Assembly (NCBI GenBank): GCA_918797485.1
Contig: CAKKNE010000002.1
Coordinates: forward strand, 6,076,001-6,140,000
Direction: 5' to 3'
Length of the DNA: 64,000 nt
DNA from: Pelagomonas calceolata
Taxonomy: Eukaryota
Part shown: piece by piece, positions 30,944 to 40,964 of the stretch
How the letters are laid out: every line of letters starts with the position of its first letter
Numbering within the stretch: the stretch's first letter is position 1
Notes under the pieces: model-generated
Seen by the model: only the letters and a program-made list of their open reading frames with translations
The model's database searches: none
Told to the model about the DNA's origin: nothing
Translations under genes and position numbers: made by a program

Positions 30944-33900
30944 ATGGGCACCACCGTCAGCAAACTCGAGCCGGACGACCTGTTACGCTTCATAGAGATT
31001 CAAAAGGGCTACGTCGACTCCGGCCGGGAGAAGATAGACTTCTCGCAACCAACGGGGAACGAAAGTGATGACGAAGAAGAGGAGGAAAAAGAGGAGGGCG
31101 GCGGCCAGCGCCGGACCGTCGAGGAGGACGTCCGGTTCGAGTCGTACAAGCCCTCAAAACTCAAGGTCGAGGGCATGCGCCCGCACCCGAGCGACGCGGT
31201 CGAGAACGGCACGCTCGCGACGGTCGCGCCGCCGGACGTGACGTATAAACTGAACATCGCCGAGGACATGCCACACGTCGTGACCGAGGGCCGCCTCAGT
31301 GATTTACAATTAGAGTTCGTGACCTACGCCTGCCAGCGGCACGAGCAGCGCTTAGCTTCCGGCTCGCGCCGCGGCTTCTTCCTGGGCGACGGCGCGGGCA
31401 TGGGCAAAGGGCGCCAGCTCGCGGGCCTGATCCTCGAGAACGTCCTCGCCGGCCGCCGGAAGCACATCTGGTGCACAACTAATATAGACCTGAAGGAGGA
31501 CGCGACGAGAGACCTACGCGACGTCGGCTGCACCATCGCCAAGGATCTAGAAGCGGCGGCCGAGAGCGGGAGTAAGCGGCGCCGAGCCGCGGTCGACGAC
31601 GACGCCGCGGTCATCGACGTCTTCGCCTTACCGACTTCTTCGACCGCGAAGATCGATCCGGAGCGAGAAGGTGTCTTAGTGCTGACGTACAGCGGTCTGA
31701 GCGCCTCCGGCGGCGCCGGCTCGCGCCTGCAGCAGGTTGTCGACTGGTGCGGCGAGGACTACGACGGCTGCCTCCTGTTCGACGAGTCGCATTGCGCGAA
31801 GAACCTCATCGCCGATCTGCCGGGCACCGAGACCGCCGCGGCCCGAGCCGTGGATACGATCCAGCGGCTCCTGCCGAACGCGCGCGTCGTGTACTGCTCA
31901 GCCACGGCGGCGTCTGAGCCGCGGCACTACGCCTACATGACGCGGCTCGGCCTCTGGGGCCCGGCGTCGCCGTTTCCCTCGGCCGACGCCGAGGAGGGCG
32001 AGTCCAACAAGATGGCTATCCAGAACTTCATCAAGACGTGTGAGTCGCGCGGGGTCGGGGCCATGGAGCTTTGCGCGCTGCACCTGAAGCGCGAAGGAGC
32101 CCTGCTGTGCCGCACGCTGTCCTACGCCGGGGCCGAGTTCAGCGTCGTCGAGGCCTCGTTGACGCCGGAGCAGATCGAGACCTACGACGCGTCGGCGCAG
32201 CTCTGGCAGATGCTCTACACGCGCATGGAACGGAAGCTCGCGAAGATGGAACTGTGGGTCAACGAGGCCCTGGACCCGCGCGACATGGAGAACCGCAAGG
32301 AGGAGTTCAAGGACGCGAGACAGAACTACCGCTCGCAGCTCTGGAGCGGCCACCTGCGGTTCTTCCGGTCGCTGATCACCGCGATGAAGGTGCCGAAGCT
32401 CGTGGAACTCGCGAAGACGGCCCTGGCGGAGGACAAGTGTGTCGTTATTGGACTTCAGAGCACGGGCGAGGCGCACGCGAAACGGATCCGGGAGAAGCTC
32501 GAGGCCGCGGCCGCCGCCGAGGACATTCAAGAGGACATGCTCTCGGCGCCCCAGGAGACGCTCCGCTACGTCGTGAGGAAGGTCTGGGGCAACGAGCTCG
32601 CCGAGGTCGAGCGGCTCAAGGCCGTGGCCGAGCGGGCCGCAGCGCGCGTCGAAGCGCTAGCGAAGGAGGAAGCCGACGCCGCGGCCGAGAGGGCGGCGCG
32701 CCAACATGTCGACGACGGCCTGAGCGACAGCGACGAGGACATGGAGGACACCGCGGCGCTGCTGAAGAAGCCACTCGGCAACAAGAACTCGTCGCCCTCG
32801 AAGCGGCGCTCGTCAGACGCCAAGCTCGACGTGTGGGGTTTCGACGACTCGCAGGAGGATTCGCAAGACGTCGCGGAGGCCGGCGAGGAGGAGGGCGAGG
32901 AGGGCGCGGCCGGCGCGGCCGGCGTCGGCTTCATGATGGACCTCGATGATGAGACTGAGTGGATAAAGGCGTTTTCGGACAAGATCGACGCACTCAAGCT
33001 GCCCGGCAACGCCTTAGACATGTTAATCGACGACCTCGGTGGCTTCAACAAGATCGCCGAGATGTCCGGGCGGTCAGAGCGGCTCGTGCGCAATTACAAG
33101 GGCGAGTTCTACACGCAGAAGCGATCCGAGGCGAACCAGGTCTCCATGCATGAGCAGAACCTTTTTGAAAGGGAAGAGTTCCAATCCGGCGAGAAGCTCG
33201 TCGCCATCATTAGCGACGCGGCGTCGTCCGGGATCTCGCTGCACGCGGAGCAGAACGCGCGCGTGAAGAACCGCCGCCGCCGCGTCCACATTACTCTAGA
33301 ACTGCCCTGGTCGGCCGACAAAACGCTACAGCAGATGGGCCGGTCCCACCGCGCGAACCAGGCGTCGGCGCCCGAATACAAGCTATTAGTGTCGCCGCTG
33401 GGCGGCGAGCGCCGCTTCTGCGCGGCCGTCGTCAAGCGCTTGCAGTCATTGGGGGCTTTGACCCAAGGCGACCGCCGCGCGACGGGCGTCTCGAAGTCGT
33501 GGGCCTGCTTCGACGTGGATACGCGCCAAGGGACGGATGCGATCCTAGATTTGTACCACCATTCGAATTGGATGGTCCGCGAGCTGGTCGGGCTCGAGAA
33601 AGCGAATCCGAACCGACCCCTCGTGGCGCCACCGAAGCTCCCCGCGGCTGAGTGCGAGGCGCTCGCACGCGTCGCCCTAGAGAGAGGCGGCGCCGACTTT
33701 CTGCGAGCGCCGAAGGGCTGGGACGATGAACTATACGGCGGCGGCGTCGACGCCGTCGCGGCGAAGATTCACATGCTCCATGGCGCGCCGCTGTGGCTGT
33801 CGCTCGTGGGCATCGCCGTTGCGAGCTACGAGGGCGCGGGGTCGGCGCGCAAGGCTGTCGTGCCCAAGTTCCTCAACCGCATCCTCGGCCTGGAGGTGTC

Positions 33901-34933
33901 GCGCCAGCAAAAGCTATTTGATTACTTCGCTAGGACGCTCGAGCGTATGATACGAGCGGCGAAGCGCGACGGGAAATATGCGCAAGGCATCCAGACGGTC
34001 GACGGCCGCTCCGTCGAATTCGAGCGGCCGGCAAAAGCGCTACACGTGACTACGCCGAGTCCCTTCCCGATCGAGTGCCACACGGTCGTGGCCGACGTCG
34101 GCATGGACTTCGAGACTGCGCAGAAAATGCTCGAGGAGACGCGAAGCGCGGGCAAGGCCACCGCGATTGACATCGACGGCGACGACGACGGCGGCGGCAG
34201 CACGGCTCTCGTTCCTAAGCGTGATAGCGACGGCGAGGGCTGGATTAGCACCGGCCGCGTGACGAACGTCTCTAATAACAACCAGGGCTTCGTCCCGCCC
34301 CCGGCGCGGCCCGGTCAGCGCTTCGGAGACCGCGACGGCTTCCGGCTCATCAAGGCGAAGTACGCCAAGGGTGACGGCGACGGCATCTGCCTCATCATAG
34401 AATCCGGCGAGAGCTCGATGCGCGGGCTGAGCGTCAAGACGGACCGCTTCCAGGTCTACTTCCCGGGAGAATGCCAAGACCAGTACTATTGGTCGCAGCT
34501 GAAGAACAAGACGGAGGCGCTCGACGACTCGAGGGCGAAGCGGCTGTGGGATGCTGGCTTCCGGAACCGCTCCAAGGATCAGAAGAGTTATCTATTGACC
34601 GGCCCGGTATTGCACGTCGTGCCGCAATTAGTCCAGGCGCAGTGTAGGTGCATGGTCAAGAATCCGGTGCGCGTCGAGGTCGCGCGGGCCGACGAGAAGG
34701 ACGAGGAGGGCAAGCGCAGCGGCGCTACTCTCCTAGGCGTATTGCTGGATGACGAATACGCGGATGAAATCGTGCGACATATCGAGGAGAAAGCCAACCA
34801 GGACGACGAGGAGCGCGCCAACGCCCTGATCGACGAGATCAACGCCCGCGACCGCGACAAGGAACAACGGCAGGCGCACGCGAAGAGCGTCGCCGGGAAG
34901 GAGCGCGCCAAGAAGCGAGCCAAGAAGGCCTGA
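30944..34933 (+). CDS. Strawberry notch (SBNO)-family helicase-like protein
   Basis: LSDLQLE, GFFLGDGAGMGKGRQ, FDESH.AKN, RVVYCSAT, VIGLQSTGE, IAEMSGR, IISDAASSGISLHA, TLELPWSAD..QQMGRSHR, LGALTQGDRRA, FLNRILG. Confidence 0.92.
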   Translation: MGTTVSKLEPDDLLRFIEIQKGYVDSGREKIDFSQPTGNESDDEEEEEKEEGGGQRRTVEEDVRFESYKPSKLKVEGMRPHPSDAVENGTLATVAPPDVTYKLNIAEDMPHVVTEGRLSDLQLEFVTYACQRHEQRLASGSRRGFFLGDGAGMGKGRQLAGLILENVLAGRRKHIWCTTNIDLKEDATRDLRDVGCTIAKDLEAAAESGSKRRRAAVDDDAAVIDVFALPTSSTAKIDPEREGVLVLTYSGLSASGGAGSRLQQVVDWCGEDYDGCLLFDESHCAKNLIADLPGTETAAARAVDTIQRLLPNARVVYCSATAASEPRHYAYMTRLGLWGPASPFPSADAEEGESNKMAIQNFIKTCESRGVGAMELCALHLKREGALLCRTLSYAGAEFSVVEASLTPEQIETYDASAQLWQMLYTRMERKLAKMELWVNEALDPRDMENRKEEFKDARQNYRSQLWSGHLRFFRSLITAMKVPKLVELAKTALAEDKCVVIGLQSTGEAHAKRIREKLEAAAAAEDIQEDMLSAPQETLRYVVRKVWGNELAEVERLKAVAERAAARVEALAKEEADAAAERAARQHVDDGLSDSDEDMEDTAALLKKPLGNKNSSPSKRRSSDAKLDVWGFDDSQEDSQDVAEAGEEEGEEGAAGAAGVGFMMDLDDETEWIKAFSDKIDALKLPGNALDMLIDDLGGFNKIAEMSGRSERLVRNYKGEFYTQKRSEANQVSMHEQNLFEREEFQSGEKLVAIISDAASSGISLHAEQNARVKNRRRRVHITLELPWSADKTLQQMGRSHRANQASAPEYKLLVSPLGGERRFCAAVVKRLQSLGALTQGDRRATGVSKSWACFDVDTRQGTDAILDLYHHSNWMVRELVGLEKANPNRPLVAPPKLPAAECEALARVALERGGADFLRAPKGWDDELYGGGVDAVAAKIHMLHGAPLWLSLVGIAVASYEGAGSARKAVVPKFLNRILGLEVSRQQKLFDYFARTLERMIRAAKRDGKYAQGIQTVDGRSVEFERPAKALHVTTPSPFPIECHTVVADVGMDFETAQKMLEETRSAGKATAIDIDGDDDGGGSTALVPKRDSDGEGWISTGRVTNVSNNNQGFVPPPARPGQRFGDRDGFRLIKAKYAKGDGDGICLIIESGESSMRGLSVKTDRFQVYFPGECQDQYYWSQLKNKTEALDDSRAKRLWDAGFRNRSKDQKSYLLTGPVLHVVPQLVQAQCRCMVKNPVRVEVARADEKDEEGKRSGATLLGVLLDDEYADEIVRHIEEKANQDDEERANALIDEINARDRDKEQRQAHAKSVAGKERAKKRAKKA

Positions 34934-35083
34934 AGTGGGTGTGCGCCCGAGCCGCTATGGCGCGGGTGAAGTGTAAAATCATGATTCATAACACCGACCC
35001 ATTCATCGCCAAAGGAGGAGACACTTCCGGCGCTGGCGACGACGACGACGGCTCCCACGTTATATATATAGCAAAAACACAGA

Positions 35084-36724
35084 TTACGTAGCCGAAGACC
35101 CCTCCTCGCCGACGACCTCGACCGGCCCCGCCACCCCGATCCGAACTCCCGCCGAGGACTCCGCGGCCGCGGCCGGCGCGCTCTCGGCGTCCTCCAGCTC
35201 CTTGCCCGGGGACCGCAGCGCGCGCTCGATGATGCGGTTCTCCTCCTGCAGGTCGAGGATGATGTTCTCCGAGTAGCGCCGCAGCGGCAGCAGCTCGGGC
35301 CGCCGCACGCCCCCGAGTCCGAAGGGCTCCTCGATGTTGTGGCCGATGACCTCGATGCCGAAGAGGAACCACGAGATCACCGTCGTCGACAGCACCGTGC
35401 CCGGCACGGAGTCCATGATGCCGACGAGCGCCAGGGGCAGCATGAGCGTGAACATGGACACGACGCGCGAGCTGTGCCGCGAGTAGGAGATGGGCACCGG
35501 CGTGCCCGCGATGGCCTCGGAGCGCGCGATGACCTCCGTCAGCTTCGTCACCTGCTCGTTGCACGAGTACCAGAGGTAGCTCCCGCCCGGCGACGGGTCC
35601 GTCCGCAGGTCGGCGAGCAGCACGCTCATCGACAGCGTCAGCGCCAGCGGCAGGTTGTCCGCCGTCGAGAGCTCGTTGACCTCGGACGTCTCGAGGTACG
35701 GCTCGAACTCGTCCATGTCGCGCTGGCCCCGCAGGTGCTGCCGCAGCGCGACGGGGTAGGCCTGCATGAGCCGCAGCAGCGCCTCGTAGCGGCTCGGCTT
35801 GCAGTTCGCCGCCGCGAGCCGGCCCAGGTTCCGCACCGAGTTAGCGACGTCGGCCCAGAGCTGGCGCCCCGCCCAGAAGCGGTCGTACGACTGCGACGTC
35901 CGGAAGGCGAGCAGCACGCCAAGCACCGTGCCGCTCAGCGAGTGCAGCGCGATGGGGATGGGCTTCACGTGCTTGAGCCCCAGCGTCGTGAAGAGCGGCC
36001 GGAACAGCGCAGCGCCCGCCACGAAGCACCCCCGCAGCAGGGGGAAGCGCGCCAGCACCGCGTTCGCCGCCAGGGCGCTCGACAGCTGCCGCGACGCCGC
36101 GCGCGGGCCGAGCGCCGCGTGCGGGCTGTGCGCCCACGCGACGACCCAGGCGAACAGCGCCGTGGCGACGAGGCGGCCGCGCATCGCCGCGAAGGTCCGC
36201 GACCCGAAGCTCAGCAGCAGGTTCTGGAACCACGTCTCCGGCTCGTAGCCCTGCGGCTTCGACAGCGACCGCCCGCTGTAGGCCCAGTTCGTCAGGCCCT
36301 CGAGGTACGAGTCGCACGCGTTCTGGCCCGCGCCGACGTCGCAGTCCTCGGCCTCCTCGTCGACGGCCTCTTCCTCCTCGGGCTCCGGCAGGCTCTCGAG
36401 GTAGTCGTCCACGTCGAAGTACTCGTCGAGCTCGCCGTCGCCCCCCAGCTTCGACGCGAGGACGGCCGCCTCCTCCTGCAGCGCGGCGTCCACGCCCAGC
36501 TCGCGCATCGGCTCCTTCTCCTCAATCGTGGCGCTCCGGCGCCGCGTGGCCCGCCGCGCAGGCGCGCGGTCGTCGGACCGCGCGAGCAGCCGCGTGCCCC
36601 GCCGCGCGTTTTGAACGGAGCCGCGCCGCGCGAGGGGTCGCCGCCGTCGCGGGCGCAGCGCCGGCGGCACGCGCAGCGCGGTGGTCGTCAGGCAGAGGAG
36701 GGCCAGCCCTATCGGCGGTTTCAT
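35084..36724 (-). CDS. Bestrophin-like (UPF0187/VCCN1/BST-type) channel, plastid-targeted
   Basis: LGVLLAFRTSQSYDRFW.GRQLW, TPVPISYSRH.SR, FGIE.IG..IEEPF; signal plus transit peptide. Confidence 0.88.
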   Translation of the reverse strand: MKPPIGLALLCLTTTALRVPPALRPRRRRPLARRGSVQNARRGTRLLARSDDRAPARRATRRRSATIEEKEPMRELGVDAALQEEAAVLASKLGGDGELDEYFDVDDYLESLPEPEEEEAVDEEAEDCDVGAGQNACDSYLEGLTNWAYSGRSLSKPQGYEPETWFQNLLLSFGSRTFAAMRGRLVATALFAWVVAWAHSPHAALGPRAASRQLSSALAANAVLARFPLLRGCFVAGAALFRPLFTTLGLKHVKPIPIALHSLSGTVLGVLLAFRTSQSYDRFWAGRQLWADVANSVRNLGRLAAANCKPSRYEALLRLMQAYPVALRQHLRGQRDMDEFEPYLETSEVNELSTADNLPLALTLSMSVLLADLRTDPSPGGSYLWYSCNEQVTKLTEVIARSEAIAGTPVPISYSRHSSRVVSMFTLMLPLALVGIMDSVPGTVLSTTVISWFLFGIEVIGHNIEEPFGLGGVRRPELLPLRRYSENIILDLQEENRIIERALRSPGKELEDAESAPAAAAESSAGVRIGVAGPVEVVGEEGSSAT

Positions 36725-36919
36725 GGTCGTCGCGGCAGTAGTGGCAGTGCTCTGATGTGTCACTGAGTACTGATGAAAAGCTCCGTGTCACGCCGTCGAA
36801 AGCACGCAGAAGTTTCAGCCTCGCTGGGCTTTGTGTGATTGCACAATATGCAGCCTTGGGAGCCGTTCGTAGGCGCTGCACGAGCCTTGACACGCGCACT
36901 CCCATGCATGAGTCTGCTT

Positions 36920-36943
36920 GCTAGTGTCTTACAAGCCGCTAGC
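36920..36943. promoter_or_regulatory. Conserved upstream motif
   Basis: GCTAGTGTCTTACAAGCCGCTAGC, about 200 bp upstream of the bestrophin ATG. Confidence 0.6.
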
Positions 36944-38105
36944 GAAATTTTTTTAGGTGGAGACTCCTCTGCAGACGACCGTTCGGAGCAGGACAAAGAA
37001 CGGCCTCGGCTTCCGAGGCTTCGAATCGCGGGAGCTGTGCCCAAGCTCAGGACACACAGCGAGACTGAGCCCAAAAGAGCGGCTGCAATCCGCCCCTTGC
37101 GCAAAAGAGTGGCGCAGCGCGACTGCTTTCAGGGTGCAACTGACTTTTCTGAACGCGTTCTGCAGCGAGCGCGCGCTCAAAAGCAAGGGTGCAGCAGTAG
37201 AGCTAGCACTGCCTGCAGCAGCGCGCGCGAAGGAGCGCTAGCGACGCAACAAAAAACCGCACCCAGCAGCGTCTAAAAAAAGCGAGAGACCGCGCGCTGC
37301 TTAGTCAAGCTCCCGGGGCGTTACGACAAAGACGTCGACCCCGGCAGAAGTATCGCAAGAGGACCTGCCGTCAATAAGGCCGGCGAAGCGACGCCAGTTC
37401 GCGAGCTGGTAAACAACCGGCGCACACGCAGGTCCGCGACCGCGTCCCGTGCCGCGACTCCCGCGCGCGCCGAAGATGTATAACACACCTGTCCCGAAGA
37501 GATTCACCCCTGCACAAGGGGCTCGCTGCCGGCGACAACCCTCTAAGAAGTACTGAGGTCCCCGGAGCGCCGCGCGCGCGCGCCCGCCTGTCGCGGCGCG
37601 CCTCATCCATTCGTCCGCAGGCGCGCGGCGGCCTCCGCTACGAGAGAAGTGCACCCCCGCGTCGCAAAAACCTCCACTCGCGCGCGCCTATGACGAAAAC
37701 AGATCTCTGACACCTCTTGTTTGAGAGCTCCGGTTCGCTGAACGTACACCTTTCTTTCCATGCTAATGCCGAGGCTCGATTGCGTCGTCGAGGCACGCTC
37801 GATCGACCGCCGAGGTCGTTCGTTGACCTATCGTACTCACAGGTGCCGCGCAGCTCCGGCGGCATCCACCAAAATAACTTAACAACAGTCGCGCCCCGCG
37901 CGGGAATCAAACGCGCGGAGAACACAAACGCGAAACGTCCGGAGGATTACGAAACATAGATGACGAGTCTGACGCGGACCCCATCCATTCATTCGGGGGA
38001 AGCGACTTATGTGATGCACGATACGAGGCATTTGTATGACGGGCGAACGACACGCGCACCACGCCTGATCGAGGCTAGGCGTCCGGGACCACGCGACGCG
38101 CAGGC

Positions 38106-39303
38106 ATGGTGCTGCTGCTCGACGGCGGCGTCGGCCACGAGTGGAAGAAGGCGCACGGCGACGCGAGCTTCCTGGGCGGCGCGCTCGCGTGCGAGACCGA
38201 CCCGGCGCGGACCGGCGTCCCTTCTCTTCATGTGAAGCTCTCGTGGCCTAATGGACAAGGCGTCGCCCTCCTAAGGCGAAGATTGCGGGTTCGAGTCCCG
38301 TCGTGAGTATTTTCTGATTGGTCCGCGCGCGCAGGAGGGCGTCGCTGCGGTCCACGAGGCGTTCTTCGCCGCCGGCGCCGACGTCGCGACGACCAACAGC
38401 TTCGTGGCGACGCCGCACCACGCCGGCGACCGCGCCGTGCCGCTCGTCACGGCCGCGGCGCGCTGCGCGCAGCGCGCGGCGCGCAGCACCGCGCAGCCGC
38501 TGCCGGCGATGCGCAAGGTCGCGGGCTGCCTCCCGCCGCTCGGCGAGTGCTACGCCGTGCGCCGCGACCGCTCGGACGCCGACGCCGCGGTCTACGAGCA
38601 GCTGGCCTTCGCGCTCGCGGACGAGAAGGTCGACGTCCTGCTGGCGGAGACGCTGACGCACTCGAGCGAGGCGGCGAACGTGATCTTGGGCGTGAAGATG
38701 GCGTCGCTGAAGCGGGGCTACCGGCTGCCGCTCTGGGTCGTCTTCACGCTGGCGGACGACGCGACGGGCCGCCTGCGGGGCGGCGAGCGCGCGGCCATCG
38801 CGATCCAGCGCGCGCTCGACGCGGCGGACGGCGCCGGCGTGCTCCTGAGCGGCGTCGGCGTGAACTGCTGCGCGCCGGGCGCCGTCGACGCGGCGCTCGC
38901 GGACGTCGTCGAGGTGGCCGAGGGACGGGAGGTCATCGTCTACGCGAACGCGTTTGAAAGCACGACGTCGGAGTGGCTCAAGAAGGAGGGCCGGCCGGAC
39001 TGTTGCGGCAAGCCGTGCCGCGGGAACCCGCGCGAGTACGTCGACGGCGTCATGACGCCGGACGCCTACGCGCGGCGGGCGGCGTCGTGGGCGCGCCGCG
39101 GCGCGACGGTCGTCGGCGGCTGCTGCGGCACGACGCCGGCCCACACGAAGGCGTGCCGCGTCCTGTTCGACCGGCAGCGCCGGCGGTCGCGGTTCTTCGG
39201 CTACTTGACCTTTCTTGCGGTCGTGCTTGCGGTGCTGGCGCGCGCGCTTGGGCCGGCGCTGGCGCTGGCGCTCGCGGAGAAGAGGGTATGGGATGAACTA
39301 TAG
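38106..39303 (+). CDS. Homocysteine S-methyltransferase family protein; exons 38106-38204 and 38335-39303
   Basis: LLDGGVG.E...P|EGVAAVHEAFFAAGADVATTNSF, VDVLLAET, GVNCC, VYAN, VGGCCGTTP. Donor is GC at 38205 (alternative GT at 38217). Confidence 0.85.
38237..38309 (+). tRNA. tRNA-Arg (anticodon CCT), intronic
   Basis: GCTCTCG-TGGCCTAATGGACAAGGC-G-TCGCC-CTCCTAA-GGCGA-AGATT-GCGGG-TTCGAGT-CCCGT-CGTGAGT-A then TTTT; one T:T mismatch in the acceptor stem. Confidence 0.88.
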
Positions 39304-39317
39304 ATTTTTTTCCACAT

Positions 39318-40385
39318 TTAATTATTTCGTCGGCCGACACCGTTCGCCTCGAGTATCCGCTGCGTGCACTTGGCGATGTGCTTGAAGCGGTCGGGCCCGA
39401 GCTTGATACCGCCGTACCACCTCGCCACGATGACGAGGCAGTTGTCCGCGTTCAGGACGCTCAGGACGTAGGCCATCTTCGCGCCGGCGCCGTCCTCGCC
39501 GTCGTCGTCGTTGTCCGCGTGACCTGTGTGGAAATCAAAATTTGACGGCGCGTTCGTGCTGAATCATCGCGTCGTCCTCCACGCCATCGACACGATGCCT
39601 GCTCGATGGCGTGGCGATGCCGGTTCCTCGCCGCTCGACTGAGCCAGGTCGGCCGCGTCATCGCCGAAAATGACTTAGTGCCGACACACTGGTTGATTTC
39701 CACACAGCGCGTGACTGATGCCGTCTCCGTCCACGAAGCGATACGCGAGCATGTTATGTGTGGCTTTGGCGACGTTCTTCCTCCCTAAAATATTCCGCCG
39801 CGCCCACTGGACCTTTTCATCCGAATCAACGCCCGTCGCTAGATATGCCTTGAACGTCGATTTGCGGTCGACGACGGGCTCTCCTTCGACAATCGGCACG
39901 GCGTATTTCTCGTCCGCGCTGGCGCTGTCGAACCGGACGGGGCGCTGGCCGTACTGCGGGCAGGCCGGGTGGAACGTGAAGGATGCGTCGTTTTGTGACG
40001 GCGGGGCGGCGGCCGCGGCGGCGGCCGGCGCGGCCTCGAGGCGCGCCCGGACGGCCTCGACGACCTCGAAGACGCACGGCGCGCCCGCCGGCGTCCGCGC
40101 GGCGGCCGCGGCGGCGGTCTCCGTCAGCTGCCTTCTCAGCGCCTCGGAGACGCCGGCAAGAGCCTTGACCGCGAACTCGGGCTTCACTTGCGACGGGTAG
40201 CCGCGCGGCAGCCGCGCCTCGAGCGCCGCTTTCGCGGTCTCGCTTTCCAGGGCGATCGCGACCCGCGCGACGGCGCCCATCTCGAACGGCAGGAGCTCAA
40301 AGTCCGCGCCGAAGATCGCGGCGAGCGCCTCGAGCTCGTCGCCGCGCGCGCCGCTGTCCTCGGCGCCGTCCGTCAAGGCGCTCAT
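39318..40385 (-). CDS. IMPACT-family protein (RWD + UPF0029), 2 exons (40385-39716, 39523-39318)
   Basis: ELEALAAIF, LPRGYP (RWD); DRKSTF, ATHNMLAYR, then after IE6 DNDDDGEDGAG, V.RWYGGIKLGPDRFKHI. Confidence 0.92.
39524..39707 (-). mobile_element. Introner element IE6; intron 39715..39524 (GT-AG)
   Basis: Same TIRs; perfect TSD CGCGTGAC (39516-39523 / 39708-39715). Confidence 0.93.
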
Positions 40386-40964
40386 GATGCGGTAGCCTGC
40401 TTCTAGCGCACCGCTGTGCGAGAATGCTTTTTACCGTTGTGAAGACTGCTTTGTTAGCCGCACCGCTGCCGTACCGCGTTTGCTCACAGGCTGCTGCCCC
40501 CTCCTGCACAGGCTACGCTTGTGAGACGACCTGGGGCCGCACGAATGGAAAGGAGAGGCTCACAAGCGTGAGAAGCGATGCAGCAACTGCTGCACACTGC
40601 GCCGACGTCGCTTTTTTGTTTCTTTTGGGACCGCTGTTTTCAAGCTCGAGGAGCCGAGCCACAACGTGCGGGCTTTCCAGCCGAGAAACATCCATGGAAA
40701 ACCCGAAGAGAGAAAGCTCGGATCGAACCCTCAAGACAGGTCGTAGGGCTGGAGTACGTAGCCTGCGCTCTAGAAAACCCGAGGGCCCAGCAGCCAACGG
40801 CTGGACGCAGCTTGGGCCATTGCGGCGGCTCCTCCAAGGGGTGAGGCAGCCCCGGGCGCACGGACCGACCGCGCACGCCACTGCGCGACGACGTGCCACG
40901 GCGCACGCCACCGCGCAACGACGACGCCCGTAGCACGCCCGCAACGCCCCAGCCCCGACGAAGC

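Noticed and set aside
36950..38100. Short ORFs in a 1.1-kb intergenic region
   Set aside because: No recognisable motifs or coding bias, and no RNA structure I could support.
3736..39788. Recurring peptides MWKS..., CVEIN/K and WLISTQ in many ORFs, as a repeated protein domain
   Set aside because: They are translations of the introner TIRs and body, not protein; they also create false starts such as ORF 3011..3901.
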